From contig NC_043010.1 in NCBI RefSeq assembly GCF_006345805.1, positions 3,038,001-3,102,000 on the forward strand: DNA of 64,000 nt. The letters run 5' to 3'. The translations under genes were made by a program, and so were the position numbers. The notes below the pieces were generated by a model. That model saw only the letters and a program-made list of their open reading frames with translations. It made no database searches and was not told the origin of the DNA. Source of the DNA: Octopus sinensis. Taxonomy: Eukaryota. Below, piece after piece: positions 13,943 to 27,969 of this stretch (position 1 is its first letter; each line of letters begins with the position of its first letter).

Positions 13943-14218
13943 TATAGCTTTGAGAAAAAATGACTGTTAAAATAGAACTGCACTCTTCAAAGCTTGCACT
14001 AAGAATAAGGACAAGGTAAAATTACTACTGCTGCGGTAAAGAAAAGTTCCATCAGTTCGTTTTGAATTAAAGGAAAGTTTACCTTCACACAGTTTCTATA
14101 TGAACCAACCACGATATTTGATTTTATGTAAGTGCTGCTGATACTATTATTGTTATTACTGTCATTGTCTTCCAAATAATTGAGTATTTGGAGCATTTTC
14201 CTCCACTAATTGTTCACT

Positions 14219-14517
14219 ATGTGGAGGTGCAATGGCTCAGTGGTTAGGGCAGCGGACTCGGGGTCAGAGGATCGTGGTTTCAATTCCCAGACTGGGCGCT
14301 GTGTGTGTTTATTGAGCGAAAACACCTAAAAGCTCTACGAGGCCCCTGTTGTACTTTTTCACCACAACATTCTCTCACTCTCTCCCTCTCTTCCTATTTC
14401 TTGAGTAACACTGCGATGGACTGGCGTCCTGTCCAACTGTGGGGAACACATACGCCACAGAAACCGGGAAACTGGGCCCATGAGCCTGGCTAGGCTTGAA
14501 AAGGGTGACGTTTATCG
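14219..14517 (+). mobile_element. tRNA-derived SINE, family B
   Basis: Head GTGGAGGTGCAATGGCTCAGTGGTTAGGGC...GGTTTCAATTCCC; shared with 26300-26689, 39988-40301, 54604-54751, 58250-58592. Confidence 0.85.
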
Positions 14518-15129
14518 TTAATTGTTCACTATAATGTTTGTTGTTTTCTTATTATACATTCAGTTGTATGTTTTGCTTCTGTATTATTTTTTAACTGTCG
14601 TAGTGTTTTGTTGTGTAGCATAATTATGTGTAATAACCATTTTAGATATGAAAATGTAAAGCGTGTGAACCAAATTTTTAAATTTCGATTTTGGATTTGG
14701 TTTGCAAGATTCTTTATACGAGTTCGTGTGTTGAAGCATATTCTGTTGTGCCTGGGGAGAGTCATTTTCTTTTTGTGCCTTACAATGTAACACACTATTG
14801 AAAAGGTTGCAAGACACAACGAAAATTTTAGGAGAATAAAAATATGAAATAAATGGAAATTTTACTGGTGAGTGTGTTCCATTGTAAGGCGCAAAAAGAA
14901 AATGACTCTCCCCAGACACAACAAAATTTTTTAAATTTGTGAAAAAAGACTGATTTTTTTTCTAGTCTGTTGTCTATCCTTGGGAATGAAAGACAGCCTC
15001 TCCTTAGACAATTGTAGGTTTTTAAAAATATTCCAAAGAAAATTATATTTGGTAATGCTTGAATCAATGTGCTTTGAAGGGAGAAGCAAAAACAATGTTT
15101 TCACACTCGAAGAGTCAAATTTATTCTTT

Positions 15130-15192
15130 TGTTGTTGTAAGTAGTAGTGGTAGTAGTAGTAGTAGCAGCAGCAGCAGCAGTAGCAGTAGTTA

Positions 15193-15237
<45 letters not shown>

Positions 15238-15303
15238 CAGTAGTAGTAGTAGTAGTAGTAGTAGCAGTTAAATGCATGTGTAGGCATGTGAATGTATGTG
15301 TGT

Positions 15304-15340
<37 letters not shown>
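15130..15340. repeat. (TAG/CAG)n and (TG)n microsatellites
   Basis: Direct. Confidence 0.95.
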
Positions 15341-15342
<2 letters not shown>

Positions 15343-15691
15343 TGCAAGAGAGAGGGCTGCCACATGTACTTTTGTGTAATTCCATTTATAATTTCTCATC
15401 AATTTTATTTTGTCCATTATTATATTATATTGTAATGTTTCATAATGTAATGTTTTTTACTGGTGCCCTCAAGGAAATGAAAATAAATCATTTAATAATA
15501 TTTTATTGTTATATAAAAAAAATACATATGCACACATGTATATATACACAGATGTAAGTAGATAAATATAAATATGTGTATATACATACTTATATACATA
15601 CAAACATACATACATACACACCTATATATATATATATGTGTATATATATGTATATGTATATCTATATATATATACATACATATATATATAC

Positions 15692-15776
<85 letters not shown>

Positions 15777-16124
15777 TTCCATATATATATATATATACGT
15801 GCTTGCTTTAAACCCAATGAATATTTGTTTTCTTGTCTATTACTGTATTTTATCGTAAAATCTATTACGTTCTGATGTAGACAGAAATTGTATAAAAGCC
15901 CAGCAGATGGATTGTACCTGTAAATTGAAGGTCCAACACTTCTTACATGGCATCGTACCGATTTTGTTTGAAAATTACATTAAGGATGCACATGTCTATG
16001 GAATACTCAACCACTTATACACTTATTCAATAATCCTGGTTGTTCAGTCAATTGAACAGATAAACTCTTATGGTTGTAAGTTCTTTCTAAAATCCATATA
16101 TATATATAGCAGCATGTATATGTA

Positions 16125-16492
16125 TACTCTTTTACTCTTTTACTTGTTTCAGTCATTTGACTGCGGCCATGCTGGAGCACTGACTTTAGTCGAGCAAATC
16201 GACCCTGGGACTTATTCTTTGTAAGCCCAGTACTTATTCTATCGGTCTCTTTTGCCAGACCGCTAAGTGACGGGGACGTAAACACACCAGCAATGCTAGG
16301 GGGACAAACACATACACACACATACATATATACGACAGGCTTCTTTCAGTTTCCGTCTACCAAATCCACTCACAAGGTATTGGTCGGCCCGGGGCTATAG
16401 CAGAAGACACTTGCCCAAGATGCCATGCAGTGGGACTGAACCCGGAACCATGTGGTTGGTTAGCAAGCTACTTACCACACAGCCACTCCTGC
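16125..16492 (-). mobile_element. SINE family A
   Basis: Reverse-complement full-length copy. Confidence 0.9.
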
Positions 16493-16666
16493 GTATGTCT
16501 GTGTGTGTGTGTATAAATATATTTATGCATACATTTATGTAAACACATACGTTCATATGTGTGTGTGTGTATATTAATAGAGAGACAGAGGAGACAGACA
16601 GGCACTCTGTCGGTTATGATGATGAGGGTTCCCGTTGCTCCAATCAGCGTAACACCCTGCTCATGA

Positions 16667-16883
16667 AATTAACGTGCATGTGGTTGAGCACACCACAGAC
16701 ACATGCGTCCTTAATGTAGTTCTCAGGAAAATTCAGTGTGACATAGACGACGGTGACATGGCTGGCCCTTTGAAATACAGGTACTGTATTTCAAAAGGCC
16801 AGCCATGTCATACTGAACCTTCCTGAGAACTACATTAAGGATACATGTGTCTGTGGTGTGCTCAGCCACATGCATGTTAGTTC
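16667..16883. repeat. Fold-back inverted duplication of a SINE tail segment
   Basis: Arms meet at aatacag-gta-ctgtatt (16774-16790); about 100-115 bp each. Confidence 0.85.
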
Positions 16884-17060
16884 AATTAACTGAACTACCA
16901 GGTTTATTGAATAAGCGTATAAGCGGTTGAAATGTTAGCACACCCGGTGAAATGCTCAGCGGTATTTTGTCTGCCGCTACATTCTGAGTTCAAATTCCGC
17001 CAAGGTCGACTTTGCCTTTCATCCTTTCGGCATATATATATATGTATGTATATATATATA

Positions 17061-17099
<39 letters not shown>

Positions 17100-17100
17100 T

Positions 17101-17135
<35 letters not shown>

Positions 17136-17780
17136 TGAGGGTGAGAAAGAGAGAGATGAACAGATAGATAGATTTTCATCACCATAGGTCATAGGTGGAA
17201 ACTAAAAGAAGCCTATCATATATATGTATATATATTTGTACATATATATCTATATGTGTGTGTGGGTGTGCATACACACATACACACACATGTGCCTGTT
17301 AAGGCCTGAGCTCTATCAGGCCCAAAACATAGTATGGGTCATGACAGGGCACTTAATACAACTGTAGAAAGAGGAAACTCAAATTTCCAGATCAGTACCT
17401 TTTAAATGTGTGTGTGTGTGGGAGGGGGGATGGTGGTATGCCACTCTGCTAATTAACAATATTTTACCATTCATCCAGTTAAAATAAAATAGTAGAATTT
17501 GAGGAAACTAACAATGACCTGTGATAGCAACTAGAAAGTACAAATATCTGTAATTAAGTGGAGCAAATTTGATTTGCCATGAGCAAATAAATGACTATTC
17601 ATTAACATCTTCTACAGAATCCTTCATCAATAAGTTATTCTGATTTGTATAATATTTGGTACTTCTTCATATAAATGTTATATTTTTATCCTTTATTTTA
17701 CTCATCAGCTGGTTGTTTAATACCATAAGTGAATCACTGACATTTATGGTATTTTAATTTTCTTTAATTATCTTTAATAA

Positions 17781-18006
17781 TCCTTTAGCATTTAAACCGA
17801 CCATGTTTAAACCTGCCCAAATAATCCACCTGTTTTATGTTGAAATTGGCCGAATCTGGCCCCTCACTCACACCCTACAATGTCATTCTAAAAATTATCT
17901 ACTCTGTCATCAGAACCTTGAAGATACAAGATTAATGCACGATTAATGCAAATCAACATGAATGAATAACTATCACATTTAACAGAATAAACTGAATGCT
18001 AAAGGG
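17781..18006. mobile_element. piggyBac-like MITE
   Basis: TIR CCTTTAGCATT...AATGCTAAAGGG followed by TTAA; same family as 39462-39636. Confidence 0.75.
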
Positions 18007-18128
18007 TTAATGCAAGATTAGCCCTTACTATGCAGATTTATGATTTAAAGGTATTCCAGCCATGATAATCGGTCTCTTTTTTTGTAGAAATAAATTGTGT
18101 CTCTTATTTTTCTTTCCTCTCATTTCAG

Positions 18129-18561
18129 CTTGGTTCTTGGTCTCAAGCATTTGTCTTATGAAGAAAGGCTGAAGACGCTCTTGAAAAACGATGACGCCGT
18201 GGTGATCTCATTCTCACTCACAACATCATAAGCAGAAAGTGTAACCTCTCGAAAGAGCTGTTCTTCACTCCTGCTCCAGAGCGTCGGCTGTGGGGTCATT
18301 CCGAAAAGCTCTATCTATGACGATTTCATCTCAATTGAAGGAGAGGGGCTTTCTCCGTTCGGGTTGCAGATCCGTGGAATAAGCTGCCGGATGAGATAGT
18401 GAAGATGCCGACGACTGCTCGGTTCAAAGTCACTCTTGACCAGAAATGGCCTGAACTCTTTGTATGACCACTCTCCCTGTACATAACTCCCTGTCCCCCT
18501 ACATGGCCTTGCTTTTACTTTTTGAGCCAATAAAAATTGAATTGAATTGCATTGAATTGAG
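18129..18561 (+). mobile_element. CR1-type LINE 3' end (decayed ORF2 C-terminus, UTR, (AATTG)n tail)
   Basis: Translates LKHLSYEERLKTL..RRGDLI...GHSEKL...FSVRVADPWNKLPDEIV...FKVTLD. Confidence 0.85.
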
Positions 18562-18736
18562 CTTAGAGCTGTGGCCATGCTGATGCACCAATGGTATTTT
18601 TTTAAGCATTTTTGAAGAGAATAAGATGAAAATTAATGTAATTTGGCTTCTGTTTTTAGTAAATTCACTGACTACATAAAGCTATGTAAGTTCTTTCATT
18701 GGTCAGTTTTTATGTATTATTTCTTTGTATACTCAC

Positions 18737-18854
18737 CAGGTAATGTTTCGTAGTGTTCAGCAGTTAATTCATTCCAAGTGTGATCAGATGACAGTAATAT
18801 GTGCTGTTCTTCTTTGCCTAAGCTTGAAGCTAATGCAGCCTCTTGGATGCACAT
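18737..18854 (-). CDS. 118-nt coding exon of an unidentified host gene (MCIQEAALASSLGKEEQHILLSSDHTWNELTAEHYETLP)
   Basis: Long U-rich tract plus ttcttacag| acceptor, CTG|gtgagt donor, frame fully open, non-repetitive sequence. Confidence 0.75.
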
Positions 18855-19073
18855 CTGTAAGAATTAAGATATCCAAAAAAAAAAGAAAAAAGGAAAAAGA
18901 AAAAAAAAGCAAGAGCTTAATAATGCTATGATACTGATAAGGTAAGATGAATAACGTAGATATAGAGTGGGTGTATATGCAGAAGGACCTTCCTATAAGA
19001 ATTAAGAAAAAAAAAAAAACATAGTGAATGTATCAGTAACTATTGTGCAGGGAAGTGCTGTATTTAAATAGAG

Positions 19074-19124
<51 letters not shown>

Positions 19125-19600
19125 GATAAAAATTGACAAAATACAAAACAGAGAGAAAAAACATGAACAGTACAAAACTGAAAAATAAGGAGAAAAAAAT
19201 GAATTAAAAATAAGTGATGCAAAAGCATAATAAAAAAGAAAACAATTACCAAAAAAAAAATATACATAAGAAATGAAATAAAAACATGTAGCTGAAGCGG
19301 GTGAGTAGGAGGGGTTATAGGTTGAGATTTAGCTGAATTGGAAATAAATCACTGGTTATCTGATGAAAAGGCTTAGTCACCATTTGGATTGTCTAACCTT
19401 GGCTAGATTAACAGTTTATTGAGAATTCAATGTAACTGTCCCTTTTTGTTCAAGGTTTCCCACCCCCCATATGATCAGCAGATAGAAAATAAACGAGCCT
19501 GCATGCATATTACATGCATATATATATACATATATGCACACACACACACATATATATATATATATTATATATATATATATACATATATATATACATATAT

Positions 19601-19651
<51 letters not shown>

Positions 19652-19705
19652 CATATATGCACACACACACACACATATATATATATATGATTTATTATAT
19701 ATGTG

Positions 19706-19736
<31 letters not shown>

Positions 19737-19797
19737 GTATAAGTATGTTTGTTCATGCATGTTTGTTATGCATGCAATATATTCATTACATATATTT

Positions 19798-19834
<37 letters not shown>

Positions 19835-20084
19835 CACACACACGCATTTATGCTTTTATATATGTTGATTGAAGTACAGATTCACCACAGCTATACTTTG
19901 AATGTTATGTACAGCTAGCCAACATTAAGATATCAGATTCTATTTCAGGTTACAATATATACATAGATTAGATCCAACACATATCTAATGTAAAGGTATA
20001 CTTATATGATATATTTTAGCACAATAAAACATGAACAAAATCAATACATTCATGATATCATATACACATGATATGTGTATGTAT

Positions 20085-20116
<32 letters not shown>

Positions 20117-20684
20117 TATATATATATATATATATTATATAATATATATATATATGTATATGTATATATATATATATTATATATATATATATACATTCAT
20201 ATCTAAATATGTATATATGCATATATATATATACATGCATGCATACATATGTATATACACACACACACACTCACACACATATACATATATATATATATAC
20301 TCACACATTCTCTCTAGTACTCTGCTGCCAGAACATTTTCATCAATAATACATACGTACATACACACATTTATACATACACACAAACGCATGTATACATA
20401 CATGCACACGTGTGCACAGACACACACATGTATGCACACACACACGCACAGACACACAAATGTATAACTTTGCCAAAATAGACACTGGAGCATGATGCCG
20501 TCCTATTGGATTCCTTTCAAACCATCCAACCCATGCCAGCATGAAACACAGACGTTAAATGATGATGATGGTGATGATGATGATGATGATGATGATATAT
20601 ATATATATATACACCGGAGTAAACACATAAATGTGAAACAAGGTGGAAAAAAGAGTACTCAAATACCAGTGGTAGAGTAATATG

Positions 20685-20842
20685 CTTTATTTAAAGCTGC
20701 AGAAAATTCACCAAAACCTGTTACTCTGAGTTTCCCATTGCCGTTCATCGGACAGTTTTTTCTAGAAAAAACTGTCCGATGAATGGCAACGGGAAACTCA
20801 GAGTAACAGGTTTTGTTGAATTTTCTGCTGCTTTAAATAAAG
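20685..20842. repeat. Spacerless palindrome (79-bp arms, 4 mismatches) carrying two family-H2 HHR-like motifs
   Basis: Centre tttttt-ctag-aaaaaa at 20756-20771; motifs at 20718-20755 (-) and 20772-20809 (+). Confidence 0.85.
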
Positions 20843-20906
<64 letters not shown>

Positions 20907-21235
20907 AGAAAAAGAGGGTGCATGGCCAAATAGTTAGGGCATTGCATTCATAAACATAAGATCATGACTTCAATTCCTGGCCCGTCGTGTAGTGACGTGT
21001 CCTTGAGGCAAATCCCTTCACACATCGCTCTACAATCACTTTGACACCCGATGTATGGTACAACTTACAGCTGTTCAGACAATAAATTTGACGAAGGGAG
21101 TGAGCCTGTGTATAGCACATACATTTGATCACAATAAACAAATCATTTCCGCAGGCCGTTCAGCAAAATCGGAACACTCGTGCATCATCTTCAATGGGAA
21201 TTTCCATCTTATATATATATATATATATATATATA

Positions 21236-21645
21236 TACTCTTTTACTCTTTTACTTGTTTCAGTCAGTTGACTGTGGCCATGCTGGAGCACCGCCTTCAA
21301 TCGAGCAACTCGACCCTGGGACTTATTCTTTTGTAAGCCCATTACTTATTCTATCGGTCTCTTTTGCCAAACTGCTAAGTAACGGGGGATATAAACACAC
21401 CAGCATCGGTTGTCAAGCAATGCTAGGGGGACAAACACAGACACACAAACACACACACGCATATATATATATATACATATATACGACGGGCTTCTTTCAG
21501 TTTCCGTCTACCAAATCCACTCACAAGGCATTGGTCGGCCCGGGGATATAGTAGAAGACACTTGCCCAATGTGCCACGCAGTGGGACTGAACCCGGGACC
21601 ATGTGGTTGGTAAACAAGCTACTTACCACACAGCCACTCCTGCGC
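21236..21645 (-). mobile_element. SINE family A
   Basis: Reverse-complement full-length copy. Confidence 0.9.
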
Positions 21646-21739
21646 CTGTATATATATATATACAAACACATTAATATATTGTCATCATCATATATTTATA
21701 TTCATACATATATAGTTCAAATTTACAGAAATAGTTATA

Positions 21740-21900
21740 GGAACAGGTGTAGGAACAATAAGCAAGTTTATTAGTTTAATCCTCAGGAAAAATGGATATG
21801 TCTTTTACATTTCGAGCCTATGCTCCTTTACAGAAAGGATTAAGAGGGACAAAATGGAGAAAGAATGAAAAAATAAATTGAGAGAAAAGATGTGCAGAGT
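21740..21900 (-). mobile_element. Decayed family H1 element (HHR-like motif 21801-21838)
   Basis: GAGC-atag-GCTC-GAAA stem retained; core decayed to CTGTAAA. Confidence 0.45.
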
Positions 21901-22084
21901 TCAATGGTCCAATGTGGCGAGATGACTGGAAATATATTTATTCATTAATATTTAGCAGAAGCAACAGAGTGACTCGAGGGCTGAGAGTTTCATACATTGG
22001 CACTTATCAAAGTTTAATAAGTGCCAACATACAAAATTCTAAATATTAATAGAAATATACATGCATTCATATTTTGAGTACTAT

Positions 22085-22487
22085 AGAGAAGAGCAAAGAC
22101 TGATAACGACTCAAAGAGCCATGGAAAGGTCAATGCTTGGTATCTCGTTGAGAGAGCACATAAATAGCAACATCATCAGAAAGAAGTCTGGTGTGAGAGA
22201 TGTCATCGCAGAGTATACTCGCAGCAAGTATAGATGGGCTGGACACGTCGCCCGGTTCACCGATAATCAGTGGACGCACGCAGTTGTTGAGTGGTACCTG
22301 CGTGAGCGGAAAAGACCACCCGGAAGACCTCCACGATGGTGGAGTGACGATTTCAAGAGGACGATTGGGATCACGTGGATGAGAAAGGCGTGATCCAGAG
22401 AGGAGTGGACAGCGTGCTGTGACCAGTGGTGTCAAATGGACGCCTGACGGATTGGTCGGTCAAAGTGATATATCACTTCAAAGTGAA

Positions 22488-22495
<8 letters not shown>
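22085..22495 (+). mobile_element. RTE-clade LINE 3' fragment
   Basis: TQRAMERSMLGISLREH...YRWAGHVARF...KRPPGRPPRWWSD, typical RTE ORF2 C-terminus. Confidence 0.9.
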
Positions 22496-22563
<68 letters not shown>

Positions 22564-22726
22564 CATATGAGAGGGCTGACCATTAAGTGGACGTGGTCAT
22601 CTGGTCATCCCTCTCATATGTATGTAATATAATTTTTCTGAATCTTCAGATTTTTACAATATGCTAGGCCACTGGTTTAAATTGATATTAATCAAATTAA
22701 TATTCAAGTTTTTACCCTTATTATTT

Positions 22727-22766
<40 letters not shown>

Positions 22767-23553
22767 CAAATATATATAGACAAAAATCTTATGGTTATAG
22801 ACTTAGTTACATAAGAACCTTGCTTTGAAGCCTTGTAGCTTTGCACAACCTCTTGGACAATTATTTTCTACAATAGCTGTGGGCTGACCAATATTATCTG
22901 AGTGAATTTGGTAGACAGAAATTTTACAGAAGCCCATTGCATATGTATAGGTGTGAGTTTATTTGTTTGTTTCTGCTTTACAAAAGGTGTTAATTTCTAG
23001 ATAGCCCCATAATGTAGTGATGTTGCAAATGGAAGCTGTTAGAATAAATACCAGACTGGAAAATAAGTACTGGATTTATTTGAATGAATAAAGCCTTTGA
23101 GGTAGAACTCAAGCATTACCACAGTCTAGTGACTGATACCATTAAAAGAATAAAAGAGTATTATATGTATATAAATATGTGTGTCTGTATGTATGTATGC
23201 ATGTATATATTTATATACGTGTATGTATATATGTGTATGTATATATGTGTGTGTGTGTTTGTACATATGACAAGCATGCATACACATATTTGTGTGTGTA
23301 TGCATATGTAGATACACACATGCACACACACACATATATTCATATATATATAAGTGTGTATAATGTTTTTACTGCAAAACTTAGTTTGGAGATCAACTTT
23401 ACTGCTTCACAAACTCTCTGAAGCTATAAATGAGCTATATATAAATATATATACATAAACTGTGTGTGTATGTGTTGGTGTTGCATTGTTTGCATGAATA
23501 GTTACACATACATTAATAAACATACATATGTGTGTGTTTTTATATGCATATGA

Positions 23554-23597
<44 letters not shown>

Positions 23598-23629
23598 TTG
23601 TAGACACACACATACACTCTCACACATAG

Positions 23630-23664
<35 letters not shown>

Positions 23665-23962
23665 CACACATTCAATTGTTGGAATGAGCGCCACTAATAG
23701 ATCACATGTTTAAGGGATTGGTTATCACATGACGAGACATTCATAAATATTTGGTGGATCAATGACCATATGCATGATAAAGCAAGCAGTAACCTTATAT
23801 CTGTGTTATCATGCACGAATATGTGTAAGTCTGCCGATGTAAACAGCTGCAGATGAGAACCTACAGATGCATCCACTCACTTTCTCTTATACGTATCAAA
23901 CATATCAGATACACACACACACACAAATATGTATCAAATATATCAGATACACATACACACAG

Positions 23963-24004
<42 letters not shown>

Positions 24005-24024
24005 ATACCGGAGTAAACACATAA

Positions 24025-24067
<43 letters not shown>

Positions 24068-25064
24068 TGTATGTATGTATTTGTATGTTTATGCATATAC
24101 GCATATGTGTGTGTAGACATACATGTACTTGTATACATACATTTTATAGATATACTGATAGATGTAGATAACTATGCATCATAGCAATACGGGAGTTGGA
24201 AAGAATAGAGAATTCTCAATGGTATAAAATTTTAAGGGCAACAACGCCTACTACTGCAGCCTATAATACCACCATACTACCTCCCATACTGTCGTACTGC
24301 CACCACAGCCTCCCCCACCGCCATAAAAATACTGAGAATGCTATCAAGGATGAATTTTCTATACACCACAAGGGCAATGGATGAAGGACATTACAGAGTT
24401 GAATCACAAAAGACCATGTAATTCTACATACACACATGTATGTGTATATATATACATATTTACATATATATACATATATATATATATATATAATAACAAT
24501 ATAATAAATAAATAAAATATATGCATATATACATACATATATGTACATACTTACATCTATATGTATATATACATGCATATATATATATATATATATATGA
24601 GTACAGGACACCACAAATAAACGTAGAACACAACGAGAAATGAAAACATAAAATCAAACAAGGAAACAGACTTTTTTTTAACAATGAAAAAACAGAGTAC
24701 AGGACAAACAATACAAGGGACATTCCCCTTCATCAGCTGCCCCTGGTTCGACTCAAAGTATGTTATACTTACACACACACACACACACACACATGCACGC
24801 ACACACACACACATATATTATCTTGTATCTGTTTCAGTTTTTAAGCAGCGGCCATGCTGGGGCACTGTCTTAAAGAATTTTAGTCAAATAAATAGATCCC
24901 AGTATATACTTTTTTTAACCTATACTTATTCTATTGGCTCCTTTTTGCCAAACTGCTAAGTTGTGGGAACACAAACAAACCAACATTGATTGTCAAGTGG
25001 GGGTGGGAGACAAGCACAGACAGAGAGAGACACATACACACTCTCCCTCTCTCACACACACCCT

Positions 25065-25096
<32 letters not shown>

Positions 25097-25387
25097 TACA
25101 TATACAACAGGCTTCTTTCAGTTCCCACTTATCAAATTCACCCACAAGGCTTTGGTCAGCCCAAGGCTTGAGTGGGACTGAACCTGGAGGCTGCATCTTA
25201 TCCCAATGTTCCACAGAGAGATGATGAAGAAACATACAGAAAACAAGAAAACCTCACAATGGGCGTGGATGTGTTTTTCCCTCATCAGTTATCAAACAAA
25301 ATTCCTCACAATTATGATGCCTTACTTACACACACACACACACGTTCATATGTACGTATACACACACACACACATATCTACTTATCC

Positions 25388-25833
25388 ACTCAGCCATGGC
25401 TGTACGATAAGATGCTTGCTTCCCAACCACATGGTTCTGGGTTCAGCCTCAGTGCGTGGCACCTTGGGCATGTGTCATCTACTATAGCCTTGAGCTGACC
25501 AAAGCATTGTGAGTGGATTTGGTAAATGGAAACAGAAAGAGGGTCATTGTGTGTGTGTGTGTGTGTGTGTCTGAGTGTGTTTGTGTGTGTGTGTCTGAGT
25601 GTGTTTGTGTGTGTGTGTGTGTGTGACTGTGTTTGTCCCCCATCACCCCTTGACCACCAGTGTTAGTTTGTTATGTCAACGTAACTTAGTGGTTTAGCAA
25701 AAGAGACTGATAAAATAAGTACCAGGCTTAAAAAGATAAATACTCGAGGCTGGTTTGTTTGACTAAAAGCTTTACAAGGCAGTGCCCCAGCATGGGCACA
25801 GTCTAATGTCTGAAACAAGGGTAAGAATAAAAG
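25388..25833 (+). mobile_element. SINE family A (diverged)
   Basis: Head, body and tail recognisable. Confidence 0.8.
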
Positions 25834-26299
25834 AATATATATTCATATGTATATATACATATATTTGTATACATACATTGTATGTATTCATGAAGACACA
25901 ACACAAATATATTGTATAGAGTGGAAATAATGTTATAAAATAGTAGATGAATAATACTACTGTTCCATGACTTTTAAGATTCATGTTAAATAGACCATTC
26001 TTTAGTTTGGCAGTTTTATCTTAGAATTCTGGATCTTTGGCAGCGTACTTTCAACATCTATTTGGAAAAGTGTATTGTGAAATGTTATTACATGATTGCT
26101 AAGTATCTGGTTTATATAGACATACATATGTATATGCACACACCAGGCATAATATATTCATATGCAGACACATGCATGTATATATTCTGTGTCCTGTTTA
26201 GTTATATGTATGGGTTACTTGGCAGCATAATATATGATGTGGTATGTGGGGGCACATGACTTAGTGGTTGTGGTATTGTACACACAGTTGTAAGATTGT

Positions 26300-26689
26300 G
26301 ATTTCAGTTGCTGTTGCTGTTGAGCGAACGGTCTTCGTCCCAGAGCTTGTAAGATGGGAGAAGTTCAAAACGTGGTCCTTTGCTATTCGTAAGACCTGCA
26401 GAAAAGAAAGCAGGTCAACCCCCGACACCGAGAGCATCGATAGATGGATGAATGCACATCCAGGCTCAGCGGTTGCATAGGAAGTCGGGGATAAGAAACA
26501 GGAAGAAAGAGTGAGAGAAAGTTGGAGTGAAAGAGTACAACAGGGGTCACAACCACCCCTTGCCAGAGCCTCGTGGAGCTTTAGGTGTTTTTGCTCGATA
26601 AACACACACAATGCCCAGTCTGGGAATCGAAACCGCGATCCTCCGACCATGAGTCTGCTGCCCTAACCATTGAGCCATTGCGCCTCCAC
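26300..26689 (-). mobile_element. SINE family B
   Basis: Reverse complement of the family B head ends at 26689. Confidence 0.85.
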
Positions 26690-27359
26690 TGTGGTTTCAG
26701 TTCCTGAACTGGGTGATGCATTGTGTTCTTAAGCCAAAGATTTCATTTCATGCTGCCCCAGTCTATTCAGCAGATTAAAATGAGTCATCCTTCGATGAAC
26801 CCACATCCTGTCCAGAGAGGAGTATACACACCAGGGAAACTAGGGAAACTGGCCCCATGTTTCTCACAGAGTAATAATTACTGACCATATGCTGCAGTGT
26901 AGCTGAATGGAAAAATATGTTTGCTTCACACTAACAAGGTTACAGGTTTGGGCCACAGCATGGCATATTGGGCAAGTGCCTTCACCATAACTTTGCATTG
27001 ACCCAAGTATTGTGGGTGAAGGCAGAAACTCTTTGTAGGCAGAAACACTTTGTAAGCTTGCTCAATGGATTACATATGTAATTCAAATCATATCATTGTT
27101 GATTCTGTCTGAGAACTGCATTAAGTGAACATTTGTCTGGCAAATAATCAGCTACTTATATGATAATAATTTTTGATGTTTAGATGATGATTTCTAATTT
27201 AGCTACTCATATGATAATAGAATTTGTATGTAGCTCACTCAAGCAATTGAATACTCCTTGTCAAATACAATAGGAATTCATTAGCTTAGAATTATAAGTA
27301 TTTTGCTGATTGAGTATTATACAGGATGGGCCAAAAAATCAGGCATCAAAACATTTGAC

Positions 27360-27958
27360 ATTTTTATTTATTCATATTACATTATTATTATTGTTGTTGT
27401 TATTATTCTTATTCTTATTATTCTTATTCTTATTCTTCTTCTTCTTATTATTATTATTATTGAGTTAGAGAGCAGTGCATGCCATCAAAGTGACACTGGG
27501 GTAAAATATACGAAGCTCAGTATACCCGTCATGACTACCCGTCTGATAAGGGTACACCAGGCACATGCATCACAACCATATGTGCATGGGATGGTGATTT
27601 CATATCAAGATAAACATATGCATGACCTTGCAGGTGGGGCCCAGTTAGAATTTTCTTCAGTTAGACCATCCTGCTCAAAAGGTCCCTGAATAAGGGTTGT
27701 TTAAGGATGCTGAATGAAACACCCATGTTTCCAAAGGTAAATTATTCAAATTCCAAAGAATCCCTCTCAACACATGGCTATGATGCTCCCCCGCTACTTC
27801 TGCTCATGATCAGAGATGCACATATCGTCAGCCACCAAGGGACATGCTCAACTGGTTAAGGTCAAACAACTGACAAGCAAATCTGTGGTATTGAGCAGAA
27901 TATTTGCTGTAACCCATCTTTTAAACCAAGACAAAACAATGTACATGATAACACTTCA
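27360..27958 (-). mobile_element. Interspersed repeat family D, probably a retroelement 3' UTR with (TAA)n tail
   Basis: About 500 bp shared with 49465-49985; both abut (TTA)n. Confidence 0.7.
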
Positions 27959-27969
27959 ATTATTATTAT

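Noticed and set aside
14219-14295. tRNA genes at SINE heads (also near 10117 and 40230)
   Set aside because: A/B boxes run straight into SINE bodies present in many copies; no complete cloverleaf
22562-22622. 21-bp-arm mini hairpin
   Set aside because: Most simply a collapsed mariner-type MITE (TA-TGAGAGGG ends); too short to support more
24700-24760. CTGATGA-A-GGG..CCC on the minus strand
   Set aside because: No GAAA after stem II, so not a complete hammerhead
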